Shown here piece after piece: positions 16,604-24,254 of a DNA stretch of 29,700 bases. Within the stretch, counting starts at the first letter, position 1. Every line of letters starts with the position of its first letter. A program made the position numbers and the translations under genes. This DNA is from Candidatus Subterrananammoxibius californiae. Its GTDB lineage: Bacteria; Planctomycetota; Brocadiia; Brocadiales; Subterrananammoxibiaceae. The notes below the pieces were generated by a model that was not told the DNA's origin, did no database searches, and was given only the letters and a program-made list of their open reading frames with translations. The stretch is taken from the NCBI GenBank assembly GCA_030586555.1, contig JAURAC010000036.1, forward strand, positions 1 to 29,700, read 5' to 3'.

Positions 16604-17743
16604 CTATTCTACCACATCTTTTATTGCTAACATAATCTGTGCCGCCACCTGTGGCACTATAGCATTCCCAGCCCCTTTCAATGCCGCGTTCCTCCACCCT
16701 TTCGGGCGTGGGAGGACTCCGGCATCTCGTCCTCCGTCAGGTCGAGCCAGTCCTCTGGGTAGCCCATCATCCACAGTGCAAAGGCGGGTTGCAACTTCAA
16801 GCCAGTTTTGGTTCCAGCTTTCGCTTGCCCCTCGATTATATCGGGTATCTGAAACGAGTTCGCTCTCCCTGCTCCCACTTCGCCTTTCCAGTCTCTTGCT
16901 TTCGGTGTTGGTAACATCTTCACTGCATCGTTCAGCGTCAACGATGCGTGGTGTCCGCTGGGGCGCACCGGTTTCCACTCCTTCATCTCGCCCCTTGAAC
17001 CCATGTTCGTGTCTGGCGTCGGAAGCATCTGTACCAATCTCCCCAGCCCCACACTTCCATCCTGTCCGTTTCGATTCACCTTGCGAGGCATCCCTGTTGA
17101 TGTTTGGTAGAAGGTGTCGTCCTTTCCTATGATTGCTCCCGTTGTTCCGTCGCTCGCTTGTGGAGTGGGCGACAATCCAGACCCTATCCCTCCTGTGCGG
17201 TGCGTTGACGGCAACAGCTGGAATAATAAACGCTTGGACTTCGTAACCTTCACTTTCCAAGTCAGTGTGCACTTGTTCGAGTACCATGCCGTTGTTCCAA
17301 GTAACGAAGCCGCCAACGTTTTCACCGATGACCCACCTCGGATGAAACTCTTGTATGACTCGTAGCATCTCCGGCCAGAGGTGGCGGTCATCTTCCGTGC
17401 CTCTCCTTCGTCCTGCTTGGGAAAAAGGCTGGCACGGAAATCCTCCCGTGAGGATATACGGTTGTGAATAAATCCAGTCGCCATCTCTTGTGCCAAACTC
17501 CCACTGTCCCCGAACTTCTGTTTCTCTTTCTTCATATTCTGTGTGTGAGAGTCGCTCGCGCTCGGCGTTTTGAGTAAGTGTTCGTATTTCCCCATATATT
17601 TTTGAATTAGGCCAGTGCTTTGATAAAATCTTTTGACAAAACGGGTCTATCTCACAGAAGATGTGCTCAACCTCATCTCCCCATACCATTTCTGTTGCGA
17701 GAGAAAAACCGCCAATACCGCTAAATAAGTCAAGATGTTGCAT
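16604..17743 (-). CDS. DNA (cytosine-5) methyltransferase, large subunit
   Basis: Motif I DLFSGIGG, IV GGFPCQPFS, VI ENV, VIII HRRDRVWIV, X GNAIVPQVA; no recognisable motif IX. Confidence 0.9.
   Translation of the reverse strand: MQHLDLFSGIGGFSLATEMVWGDEVEHIFCEIDPFCQKILSKHWPNSKIYGEIRTLTQNAERERLSHTEYEERETEVRGQWEFGTRDGDWIYSQPYILTGGFPCQPFSQAGRRRGTEDDRHLWPEMLRVIQEFHPRWVIGENVGGFVTWNNGMVLEQVHTDLESEGYEVQAFIIPAVAVNAPHRRDRVWIVAHSTSERRNNGSNHRKGRHLLPNINRDASQGESKRTGWKCGAGEIGTDASDARHEHGFKGRDEGVETGAPQRTPRIVDAERCSEDVTNTESKRLERRSGSRESELVSDTRYNRGASESWNQNWLEVATRLCTVDDGLPRGLARPDGGRDAGVLPRPKGWRNAALKGAGNAIVPQVAAQIMLAIKDVVE
16678..17595 (-). CDS. Nested out-of-frame ORF, probable second subunit (TRD plus motif IX) of the C5 MTase
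   Basis: 305 codons inside the MTase gene; LPTP repeats and LQPAFALWMMGYPEDW; true start uncertain. Confidence 0.65.
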   Translation of the reverse strand: MGKYEHLLKTPSASDSHTQNMKKEKQKFGDSGSLAQEMATGFIHNRISSREDFRASLFPKQDEGEARKMTATSGRRCYESYKSFIRGGSSVKTLAASLLGTTAWYSNKCTLTWKVKVTKSKRLLFQLLPSTHRTGGIGSGLSPTPQASDGTTGAIIGKDDTFYQTSTGMPRKVNRNGQDGSVGLGRLVQMLPTPDTNMGSRGEMKEWKPVRPSGHHASLTLNDAVKMLPTPKARDWKGEVGAGRANSFQIPDIIEGQAKAGTKTGLKLQPAFALWMMGYPEDWLDLTEDEMPESSHARKGGGTRH

Positions 17744-18233
17744 TTTTCGCAGATAAAATCTCTAATACGGCATCGAGAGCGACGTTGTGTCCCTTGATTT
17801 TTTCACACTGAAAACAGGAACCCATAAGATGCGATTCAAGATTTAAGCAGTTTTGTTTTGGAAGCTCTTGTCTCATGCCACTCACTCTCTCCGCAATCCT
17901 TTCTCTCTCATCCTTGATTCCATCCTTATACCATTGTGATGCGATGTTTGCGCCGTTTTCTCTCTCTTGTATACGGGTTTTGTGGAGGAGAGCATCCAAT
18001 CTATTGCTAAATGCTTCGGCAACTTTCTCACGCCACTCAATGTTGTCGCGCGTATCTCCGTATTCAATATCTTTAACATACGTGATGGTTTCTTCCCGCA
18101 AATCCTCCCACCCACTGTCCTTGTTCTCTGTGGGGGTGTGGCAAGAGCAAGGACTCTCACCGAAGTCGCGCGGGTCGCCTATACATCCATCGTTTGTTCT
18201 GCACGACTCACAGCATATGTTGATGTCGGTCAT
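17730..18233 (-). CDS. Hypothetical protein, Cys-rich termini
   Basis: ORF track; overlaps both neighbours. Confidence 0.6.
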   Translation of the reverse strand: MTDINICCESCRTNDGCIGDPRDFGESPCSCHTPTENKDSGWEDLREETITYVKDIEYGDTRDNIEWREKVAEAFSNRLDALLHKTRIQERENGANIASQWYKDGIKDERERIAERVSGMRQELPKQNCLNLESHLMGSCFQCEKIKGHNVALDAVLEILSAKNATS

Positions 18234-18424
18234 AATTCAATATCTACATAAGTCGGCATATCGTAGTGCTGTCCAATACCGTCATAATGGTAGTCTTTTT
18301 TCATTGTTACATTTCCAGTCGCTTTATATTTTTCTTTGAGTATATCTTGCATGAGCTCCCATACTTCGTCCCACCCAAGACGAATAAACGGTTTATGTTT
18401 TGGTTTGTCGGTATTCATACTCAT
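18230..18424 (-). CDS. Hypothetical protein
   Basis: ORF track; ATGA coupling. Confidence 0.55.
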   Translation of the reverse strand: MSMNTDKPKHKPFIRLGWDEVWELMQDILKEKYKATGNVTMKKDYHYDGIGQHYDMPTYVDIEL

Positions 18425-18546
18425 TGGGCATTATGATAAGCAATTAAAAACTCTTTGAGATTTCTCTTTGTCTTTGAATGGCGTAGAGAGTTCCACGCGA
18501 GGTTCAGTTTATTTGCGGCGTATAGATGTTTGTAGTAGTCATTCAT
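18421..18546 (-). CDS. Small hypothetical protein (41 aa)
   Basis: Hand-translated MNDYYKHLYAANK...; ATGA coupling. Confidence 0.45.
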   Translation of the reverse strand: MNDYYKHLYAANKLNLAWNSLRHSKTKRNLKEFLIAYHNAQ

Positions 18547-18579
18547 ACTCTCTTTTTAATGTTGGGTAAAACGATATAA

Positions 18580-19059
18580 TCAAGCTCTTTTAACCTCAAC
18601 TGTGCATATTGTGTCGTTTCTTGAACCACCGTGTGGAACTAATAATATGCGGTTCATTTCAAATCCCCTGTTCTTTCCCAATCCCATAGACGACCACCCA
18701 AAACAAATGACCTTGCCTCCGGGTTTTAGAATACGAGCCACTTCGTCCTTACATTCTTTCCAATATTTCATTGAAGAAAACTCTTTTGAGCCATACATCC
18801 TTGCCTGTGTGATTGAATATGGTGGGTCGTAAAGAACCCCATCAGCAAAGTCATCAGCAATTTTTCTTAGGAAATCTAAGGCATCTGTCCCGTCTTTATC
18901 CTCAATATCATTCGTGAAGTCAGCATAATACTTTCCATTTTCTCCAGCAAAGGGGTCAATCCATACCCCACGCCCAACCGTTGCTTGCAAAAGCTCCTTT
19001 ATTGGCTTGATTGTGAATGTCCATTTATTTGGCATCGCCCAAGTTCTTTCAATTATCAT
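18580..19059 (-). CDS. Small DNA amino (N6-adenine/N4-cytosine) methyltransferase
   Basis: IDPFAG SAM motif, YDPPYS catalytic motif, ARILKPGG. Confidence 0.85.
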   Translation of the reverse strand: MIIERTWAMPNKWTFTIKPIKELLQATVGRGVWIDPFAGENGKYYADFTNDIEDKDGTDALDFLRKIADDFADGVLYDPPYSITQARMYGSKEFSSMKYWKECKDEVARILKPGGKVICFGWSSMGLGKNRGFEMNRILLVPHGGSRNDTICTVEVKRA

Positions 19060-19205
19060 ACGCTCTTTTTATTACTGGTAATTCCGCACTCTGCTTTTGT
19101 AAGACAACATCGTTCACAGAAATCTAAACGCCTGCGTTCAATACCTGTGCGCTCAAATCCTTCTTCCCAAAATTTATGCCCCAGTATCTTGCAGATTAAA
19201 GTCAT
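19056..19205 (-). CDS. 49-aa C-x3-GH...CxRC micro-protein (DUF1660-like)
   Basis: MTLICKILGHKFW...FCERC; ATGA coupling on both sides. Confidence 0.55.
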   Translation of the reverse strand: MTLICKILGHKFWEEGFERTGIERRRLDFCERCCLTKAECGITSNKKSV

Positions 19206-19420
19206 ACTCTCTTTTTATTGCTGGGTAAGGTGTAGGTGATGGTGCATGACGTTATTTTGAGTGCTTTTGTTCCTGTTACTACAGTTTCAGAAACTTTTAT
19301 TGCCGCAATCTCGGTTGAGTAGATGCGTGGTTGGAATACGCTGTGTGCGTGATTAAATGCAATCGCAACTTCTCCGTCTAACTGTAGGAGTGCCCACGCT
19401 TTTATTGTTTTCTTTTTCAT
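19202..19420 (-). CDS. Hypothetical protein
   Basis: ORF track. Confidence 0.55.
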   Translation of the reverse strand: MKKKTIKAWALLQLDGEVAIAFNHAHSVFQPRIYSTEIAAIKVSETVVTGTKALKITSCTITYTLPSNKKRV

Positions 19421-19422
19421 AC

Positions 19423-19686
19423 CTATTTGCTATTAGTGCGGAGGGTTTGGAGTGCGATGAGGATATATTCTAGAGTGTGGTCTGTTTCAGTGGGGTCGTT
19501 TCCTTCATTCTTCCATTCCTTTACTTTTACAATCGCCTCCTCTAATGCTTTCTTACGCGCTTCTTCTGCGATGTGGGAGAGGGTGGTGCGAAGAAAATCT
19601 TCTGGGTCGGTATACTTTTCATCGTAAGCCCGAAACCCGAACTTTTCCTCAAACTCCTGCACCGCTTTTTCTATAAGTGGGGTCAT
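19423..19686 (-). CDS. Hypothetical protein
   Basis: ORF track; helical and charged. Confidence 0.6.
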   Translation of the reverse strand: MTPLIEKAVQEFEEKFGFRAYDEKYTDPEDFLRTTLSHIAEEARKKALEEAIVKVKEWKNEGNDPTETDHTLEYILIALQTLRTNSK

Positions 19687-19687
19687 G

Positions 19688-19807
19688 TCATTTATTCTTC
19701 TTTACTTCATCTTGTAATGCTTTAATAAGTGCTAGAACGTAGTACTCTCCTTGTGCTCGGTAAATACTCTGTGCGTGCTTCTGTGCGTCTTTTGCTTTGT
19801 AGGGCAT
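19688..19807 (-). CDS. Small hypothetical protein (39 aa)
   Basis: Hand-translated MPYKAKDAQKHA...; fills the gap between its neighbours. Confidence 0.5.
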   Translation of the reverse strand: MPYKAKDAQKHAQSIYRAQGEYYVLALIKALQDEVKKNK

Positions 19808-19808
19808 A

Positions 19809-20096
19809 TCACCACTGATTACGCGCTTCTCCTGATAATACTTCGAGCAGTGTCCTGGCTGCGCTCATTTTCTTTTCACTTGCTTTCATTCGAAGTCTTA
19901 ACTTTATCTCCATCACTCCGTCTGTTGATGCGTCCCACTGTTTATCCGCACTTTTATCTGACTTCATACCTTTACGTATATCTGGCCACATCCATGCCTT
20001 CTTTTCTAAAATTCCTTCTAACAATTCACTATCCCGAGCATATTCCGCGCTTAATTCAACGCGCCTTTCAGCTAATTCCATAGGTGTATATTTCAT
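19809..20096 (-). CDS. Hypothetical coiled-coil protein
   Basis: ORF track. Confidence 0.65.
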   Translation of the reverse strand: MKYTPMELAERRVELSAEYARDSELLEGILEKKAWMWPDIRKGMKSDKSADKQWDASTDGVMEIKLRLRMKASEKKMSAARTLLEVLSGEARNQW

Positions 20097-20227
20097 ACAA
20101 ACAACGATTTAGTATCTGATTTCTTCGGAGTTAAGTAATTTCGTTGTATCGAGGGATAGAAAGCACGCTCTGAAGCAGGGACTCTGCTGTGGTTTTTCTT
20201 ATCTACCGACGAATGGCGTTCAGACAT
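20093..20227 (-). CDS. Small hypothetical protein (44 aa)
   Basis: Hand-translated; coupled to both neighbours. Confidence 0.4.
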   Translation of the reverse strand: MSERHSSVDKKNHSRVPASERAFYPSIQRNYLTPKKSDTKSLFV

Positions 20228-20228
20228 A

Positions 20229-20675
20229 CTAGAAAGATATATCGGCAGGGTCAATTTCGCTTGCGTCAGGAGCCTCTGTGGTGCCCTCAGAGCCTTTTTT
20301 CTGTATCACAACGTATCCGGCATCATCTTCACCCATTTCATACCCTTCTGGGACCAAATAGAGTGCCATGACCCTTTTACCAGCGACAGAAATTTTCTCA
20401 GTATGAGCAGTTACGACTTTCCCAATCCAACCCTTGCTGTCGGCTCCATAAGCATCAATCAGCCCATAAATGGTGGCTCGGTTGAATGATACGTTCACAG
20501 CCTCGTTCTCTCCCTCAAAGCGAACCTTTGCTACGTCTTGTGTCTTAGGATTGCCTTTGTCGTCTTTGAATTGGCTCTCGACTCGTGAACATTCGTCAAC
20601 AATCTTGGCCTGGGTTCCGTCTTTAATTTCAGATGCCTTAGCCCACTTTCCCCCTCGTGCTTTTGTGTATTCCAT
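20229..20675 (-). CDS. Putative single-stranded DNA-binding (OB-fold) protein
   Basis: NRAT...YGADSKGWIGK pattern and acidic C-terminal tail ending DISF. Confidence 0.55.
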   Translation of the reverse strand: MEYTKARGGKWAKASEIKDGTQAKIVDECSRVESQFKDDKGNPKTQDVAKVRFEGENEAVNVSFNRATIYGLIDAYGADSKGWIGKVVTAHTEKISVAGKRVMALYLVPEGYEMGEDDAGYVVIQKKGSEGTTEAPDASEIDPADISF

Positions 20676-20676
20676 A

Positions 20677-20976
20677 TTAGTTTTTGATTCTCTTAAATGC
20701 TTTTTTAATTTCGTTGATGATGTTCTGTTGTGTCTTGTCCATTCCCTCTATGTCGTTTGGGTCGCACTCTCCGGTGTTTAGGTAACCGTCCAGTACCCTA
20801 TTCCATTCCTTGTGCTCTAACCCGAATCCTTCGCCACGACCTTTAACAAGGGAAACAAGATTATTATGTTCTTCAACTAGTCGAGTCTCGTCGCCCTGCC
20901 CGACAACTAAGGCTCCTTCCAATTCCGACTCGACATAAGCGAAGTCGCCGGTTGGTGTGTGAATAGTGAATTTCAT
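20677..20976 (-). CDS. Hypothetical protein
   Basis: ORF track. Confidence 0.65.
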   Translation of the reverse strand: MKFTIHTPTGDFAYVESELEGALVVGQGDETRLVEEHNNLVSLVKGRGEGFGLEHKEWNRVLDGYLNTGECDPNDIEGMDKTQQNIINEIKKAFKRIKN

Positions 20977-21101
20977 ACCTTGAATGCTCCCTCTATTGCT
21001 TTTAATGTTTTCAGTGCTTCATCCAAGTTCTTTTGGGCAACATCCAGATGCTCCATTGAAGTCTTGAACATGTCTGCCTGAAGTTCGTGAAATGGGTTCA
21101 T
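20973..21101 (-). CDS. Small helical hypothetical protein (42 aa)
   Basis: Hand-translated MNPFHELQADMF...; ATGA coupling on both sides. Confidence 0.55.
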   Translation of the reverse strand: MNPFHELQADMFKTSMEHLDVAQKNLDEALKTLKAIEGAFKV

Positions 21102-21223
21102 ATAGCATCGCCCTCGGTGCAGGGGCAAACCTCTTGAGTAAAGTCATCATCTCCATTTGGTGCGTTGTAAACACCCGACCCCTCGCACAACCGACACTCT
21201 TTCTTTCCTTTTATTTCATTCAT
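21098..21223 (-). CDS. 41-aa zinc-finger micro-protein (CxxCxGxG...CPC)
   Basis: MNEIKGKKECRLCEGSG...VCPC; first ORF after a consensus promoter. Confidence 0.55.
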   Translation of the reverse strand: MNEIKGKKECRLCEGSGVYNAPNGDDDFTQEVCPCTEGDAI

Positions 21224-21311
21224 AATTATTTCGTTAGTTCCTTTCTCCTCCTAACCCAACGTGAGGATTAAGAGGAGGAAAGACACGTTGGTTAATATCG
21301 ACCATACAACA

Positions 21312-21340
21312 AGTATACTCCCTGGCGTATAATATGTCAA
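21312..21340 (-). promoter_or_regulatory. Near-consensus sigma70 promoter
   Basis: TTGACA(21340-21335)-17 nt-TATACT(21317-21312). Confidence 0.8.
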
Positions 21341-21352
21341 ATGTATAAAGCG

Positions 21353-21556
21353 TCAGAGCACGATAACTTCCACTCGGCAAGGGATAGGATTGACCATAAT
21401 GAGACCCTTTTTCCTAAGGTTATTTCTGACCTGTCTGACCTTTTCCTCATGTAGCGCCGACTCCTTACCCCACACTTTCTTCTCTATCTCCCGTGTTGAA
21501 GCAAACCGGTCTAGCCGATAGCAAGCAAGCACGCCTTTTTGGATGGTTGTTAGCAT
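21353..21556 (-). CDS. Small winged-HTH-like DNA-binding protein
   Basis: STREI...VRQVRNNLRKKGLI resembles LexA-type N-terminal wHTH. Confidence 0.5.
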   Translation of the reverse strand: MLTTIQKGVLACYRLDRFASTREIEKKVWGKESALHEEKVRQVRNNLRKKGLIMVNPIPCRVEVIVL

Positions 21557-21696
21557 GATTTTGATTTAAGCGTTTTGATGCCGAATTCGACAAACTTTTT
21601 CCAATCCGTTGTGGAGGTTATGTCGTCCTCGTCTATGACGAATGGGATGACGGGAGTGTCTTTTTCCAATTGATTGAATGAAACTAGGATTTTCAT
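21550..21696 (-). CDS. Small hypothetical protein
   Basis: ATG 21696 (MKILVSF) overlaps the upstream stop. Confidence 0.45.
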   Translation of the reverse strand: MKILVSFNQLEKDTPVIPFVIDEDDITSTTDWKKFVEFGIKTLKSKSC

Positions 21697-21854
21697 GCAA
21701 ATACATCTGCTGGAATACTCGCCAAAGGAACGGCAATCGCCGCGAACAAGCTCCATTGCGCGAAATACCGTGGCTCCTTGGGGACGTTGTGGTGTTTGAG
21801 GAAGCTGACGCTGTGGGTGTATAAGTCCATGCCTTCGTAATGAGTGTGGGTCAT
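21693..21854 (-). CDS. Small protein with hydrophobic C-terminus (53 aa)
   Basis: Hand-translated MTHTHYEGMDL...; TAA-T-ATG junction. Confidence 0.5.
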   Translation of the reverse strand: MTHTHYEGMDLYTHSVSFLKHHNVPKEPRYFAQWSLFAAIAVPLASIPADVFA

Positions 21855-21855
21855 A

Positions 21856-22287
21856 TTATCTTCTTCCTGCTTCTAGAATTGGTAAACCAGCTTCGGTCGG
21901 TATATAGATGACCTGTTTGCCATCCGTGTTATGCAACATGTTGATATAGAGATAACGCAAGTATCCCTCGGGCCCCCCTAGTCCATCTGCGATAATTGCA
22001 TTTGCTTTTTGAACACCTTGAGCGCGAACAACTTCAGCTTTTGCATCTAGTTCAGAAGCGTCTAGTTTTGCCTGCGCTTGTCGGACAATTATCTGGCGAT
22101 TGTATTCTGCTTGCGCTAATTCGGCCTCTCCAGCTTTTCCACTTGCCCAAACATTAAACATGGGGCGAATCGCTGTTACAATAACAATAATAACTAATAA
22201 GACCAACGATGATACTAAAATCATGTTGAAGGCTTTTGGTTCCTCTGTTCTGTAACCATCTGATTTCTCTTTATAGAAAAAGGTCAT
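21856..22287 (-). CDS. SPFH/band-7-like membrane protein (short phage type)
   Basis: TM helix, Ala/Glu coil, YLRYLYI...VIYIPTEAGLPILEA C-terminus. Confidence 0.7.
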   Translation of the reverse strand: MTFFYKEKSDGYRTEEPKAFNMILVSSLVLLVIIVIVTAIRPMFNVWASGKAGEAELAQAEYNRQIIVRQAQAKLDASELDAKAEVVRAQGVQKANAIIADGLGGPEGYLRYLYINMLHNTDGKQVIYIPTEAGLPILEAGRR

Positions 22288-22378
22288 AATTTCTATTAGG
22301 TAATAACGTAGTGGTTTAGGGGCTATCGAACGCATCGAGTTTGCACTCCTGCGCCGGCGCCCCAACTCCTACCTATAC

Positions 22379-22420
22379 AATATATACGCTGGTGCGTAGG
22401 TGTCAATTGGGTTATCCACA
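22379..22420 (-). promoter_or_regulatory. Promoter with upstream DnaA-box-like 9-mer
   Basis: TGTGGATAA(22420-22412), TTGACA(22406-22401)-16 nt-TATATT(22384-22379). Confidence 0.6.
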
Positions 22421-22421
22421 A

Positions 22422-23090
22422 TTAAAATAGCTGTTCGGGGACACTATCTAACCTCTGTTGGGCTATCTTGCAAAACTCATCTGAAAGTTCGATACCAGTA
22501 GCACTTCTTTCAAGTATTTTTGCAGCGATTAGGGTACTTCCGCTTCCTAAAAACAGGTCAAGTATCAGTCCGTCCTTTGGTGAAAAATGCTTAATTATGT
22601 CTACCAAAAGAGGAACGGGCTTTTGCGCATCATGTACCTTATCGCGCTCTTTCGGATATGAAATTATTGAGGGAAAGTGCTCACGTTCTTCAGATTTATA
22701 AAACTCTCCCCCTCCGCCTTTTGATGCGTACATAATGAGTTCGTGTCGTTTCCGTATAGGTCTTCCGAAAGATATGTGTTGTTTGTCCCATGTTATGAGT
22801 GAATGCCCTTGGAGAGAATTATACGAAGTGGCAAAAAGTATCGGATAAAACAAATCATCGCAAAATGTAAAAGACACTCCACCATCTTTCAATATTCGTG
22901 CAATCTCTTGATACATAGTTCTATAAAAGAATTCTTGTATGGAGAGATCGGCTAGATTTCTAACGCCATGCCTTGAGTGAGCGGTTATCGTGTTTCTACT
23001 ATAAGGCGGGTCAGTCAGCACCAAATCAAAACTCTTATCAGCAAACATCTTCATCACTTCTAAACAGTCTCCTTGTATTATCTTTTGCAT
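22422..23090 (-). CDS. DNA N6-adenine/N4-cytosine methyltransferase (beta class)
   Basis: GDCLE, TDPPY, HDAQKP, DLFLGSGST. Confidence 0.9.
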   Translation of the reverse strand: MQKIIQGDCLEVMKMFADKSFDLVLTDPPYSRNTITAHSRHGVRNLADLSIQEFFYRTMYQEIARILKDGGVSFTFCDDLFYPILFATSYNSLQGHSLITWDKQHISFGRPIRKRHELIMYASKGGGGEFYKSEEREHFPSIISYPKERDKVHDAQKPVPLLVDIIKHFSPKDGLILDLFLGSGSTLIAAKILERSATGIELSDEFCKIAQQRLDSVPEQLF

Positions 23091-23314
23091 AAATGAACAA
23101 ATAAAGCCGGTGGATTATTCCCCTCCTGTCTCGCCGTCGAAAGCAACCGTCGTATCTCACTAGGCTTCTTTCCTTTGAGGAGGCGAAGTGTTTTACCAAG
23201 CTCACGTTTATCTTCAAAAGAACGGCCAAGGAATGACATCACACTTTCAAGACAAACATCACGAGCCGAGCGGGCTTTGCTTTGTTGTGGGAGTGTGAAT
23301 GTAGCTTTAATCAT
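23078..23314 (-). CDS. Hypothetical protein, possibly a DnaD-like small domain
   Basis: C-terminal NNPPALF resembles an initiator C-terminal motif (weak); ATG 23314 preferred. Confidence 0.45.
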   Translation of the reverse strand: MIKATFTLPQQSKARSARDVCLESVMSFLGRSFEDKRELGKTLRLLKGKKPSEIRRLLSTARQEGNNPPALFVHLCKR

Positions 23315-23594
23315 AAAGTAGCAACCCTCTTTATCCCTCAACGCTATGGTGGGCGTTGATTGCTGGGCTATGTAGTTCTAGGTTAGTGATTCTCATGCGT
23401 ATCCTTAACCACTTAAAATCAACTCAACGTTTCCTTCTTGTCCCGATGAGGTCGGTCGTTGACAGGGTTGAAGTCAGAGCGACCGCTTGAATCGAGACAC
23501 GAAGTTAGTATCAGCCCTGTTTATCCGGAGAAGTGCTGACGCTCCGACCTATAACGACAAAACACGCCGTGAAGCGTGTTAGTTGAACCGATAC

Positions 23595-23679
23595 TGAGTA
23601 CAATCCGCAAGTTGTATGATACACAAGCAAACATCTTGCGGCTTGCGAATTGTACTCAATACCCGACTGTGTATCATAC
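23595..23679 (-). ncRNA. Structured leader with interleaved inverted repeats
   Basis: 23595-23611 pairs with 23642-23658 and 23614-23625 pairs with 23668-23679; TATACT at 23691-23686 just upstream. Confidence 0.55.
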
Positions 23680-23732
23680 CCCATTAGTATACACCCATTC
23701 ATCAACTCATTCACCAAACACAATCCCCCCCC

Positions 23733-23772
23733 TGTGGATAACTCTAAAATACCCACTAATCCTTGGTATTAT
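23733..23772 (+). promoter_or_regulatory. DnaA-box-like 9-mer plus extended -10 (leaderless)
   Basis: TGTGGATAA 23733-23741; TGGTATTAT ends 23772; ATG 23779. Confidence 0.55.
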
Positions 23773-23778
23773 CTTGTT

Positions 23779-24063
23779 ATGAGGAAGATAGTTATTTGCG
23801 CGAAATGTTCGCAAGGATACTGGGAAGATGAATCTTGCGGTTATTGCAATCGCTATAATTCCGCGAATAAACGTTCAGTCTACAAAGAAGATATTGAAAT
23901 CGTTTACACGATGCTCTTGGATAAACTCGAGCCAATTCTAAAAGATATGTGCTATATGGCACTTGATAAAAGTTCCGCGTACGCCATTCAAAGCAAACAT
24001 CGTTTAGGGACGACTATATCAAATATCGTAAGGTCTATTGCGGATAAAAAAAGTGAGATATAA
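23779..24063 (+). CDS. Hypothetical protein with N-terminal zinc ribbon
   Basis: CAKC...CGYC. Confidence 0.6.
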   Translation: MRKIVICAKCSQGYWEDESCGYCNRYNSANKRSVYKEDIEIVYTMLLDKLEPILKDMCYMALDKSSAYAIQSKHRLGTTISNIVRSIADKKSEI

Positions 24064-24066
24064 GAT

Positions 24067-24174
24067 ATGCCATTCACACCAATCGGAAAGGGAAAGTATA
24101 AATCTCCATCAGGTCGAGTTTTTACCAAAAAACAAGTTGCTCTCTATTACGCGACCGGCTTTAAGAAAAAATAA
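24067..24174 (+). CDS. 35-aa basic micro-protein
   Basis: MPFTPIGKGKYKSPSGRVFTKKQVALYYATGFKKK. Confidence 0.6.
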   Translation: MPFTPIGKGKYKSPSGRVFTKKQVALYYATGFKKK

Positions 24175-24175
24175 T

Positions 24176-24238
24176 ATGCACAAATCAGGAAAGAAGAATT
24201 ATAAATCCACCAAAGGACATCCCAAAAAGAAGAAATAG
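24176..24238 (+). CDS. 20-aa Lys-rich peptide
   Basis: MHKSGKKNYKSTKGHPKKKK; TAA-T-ATG junction. Confidence 0.4.
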   Translation: MHKSGKKNYKSTKGHPKKKK

Positions 24239-24254
24239 TGGTATAATTAAGATA

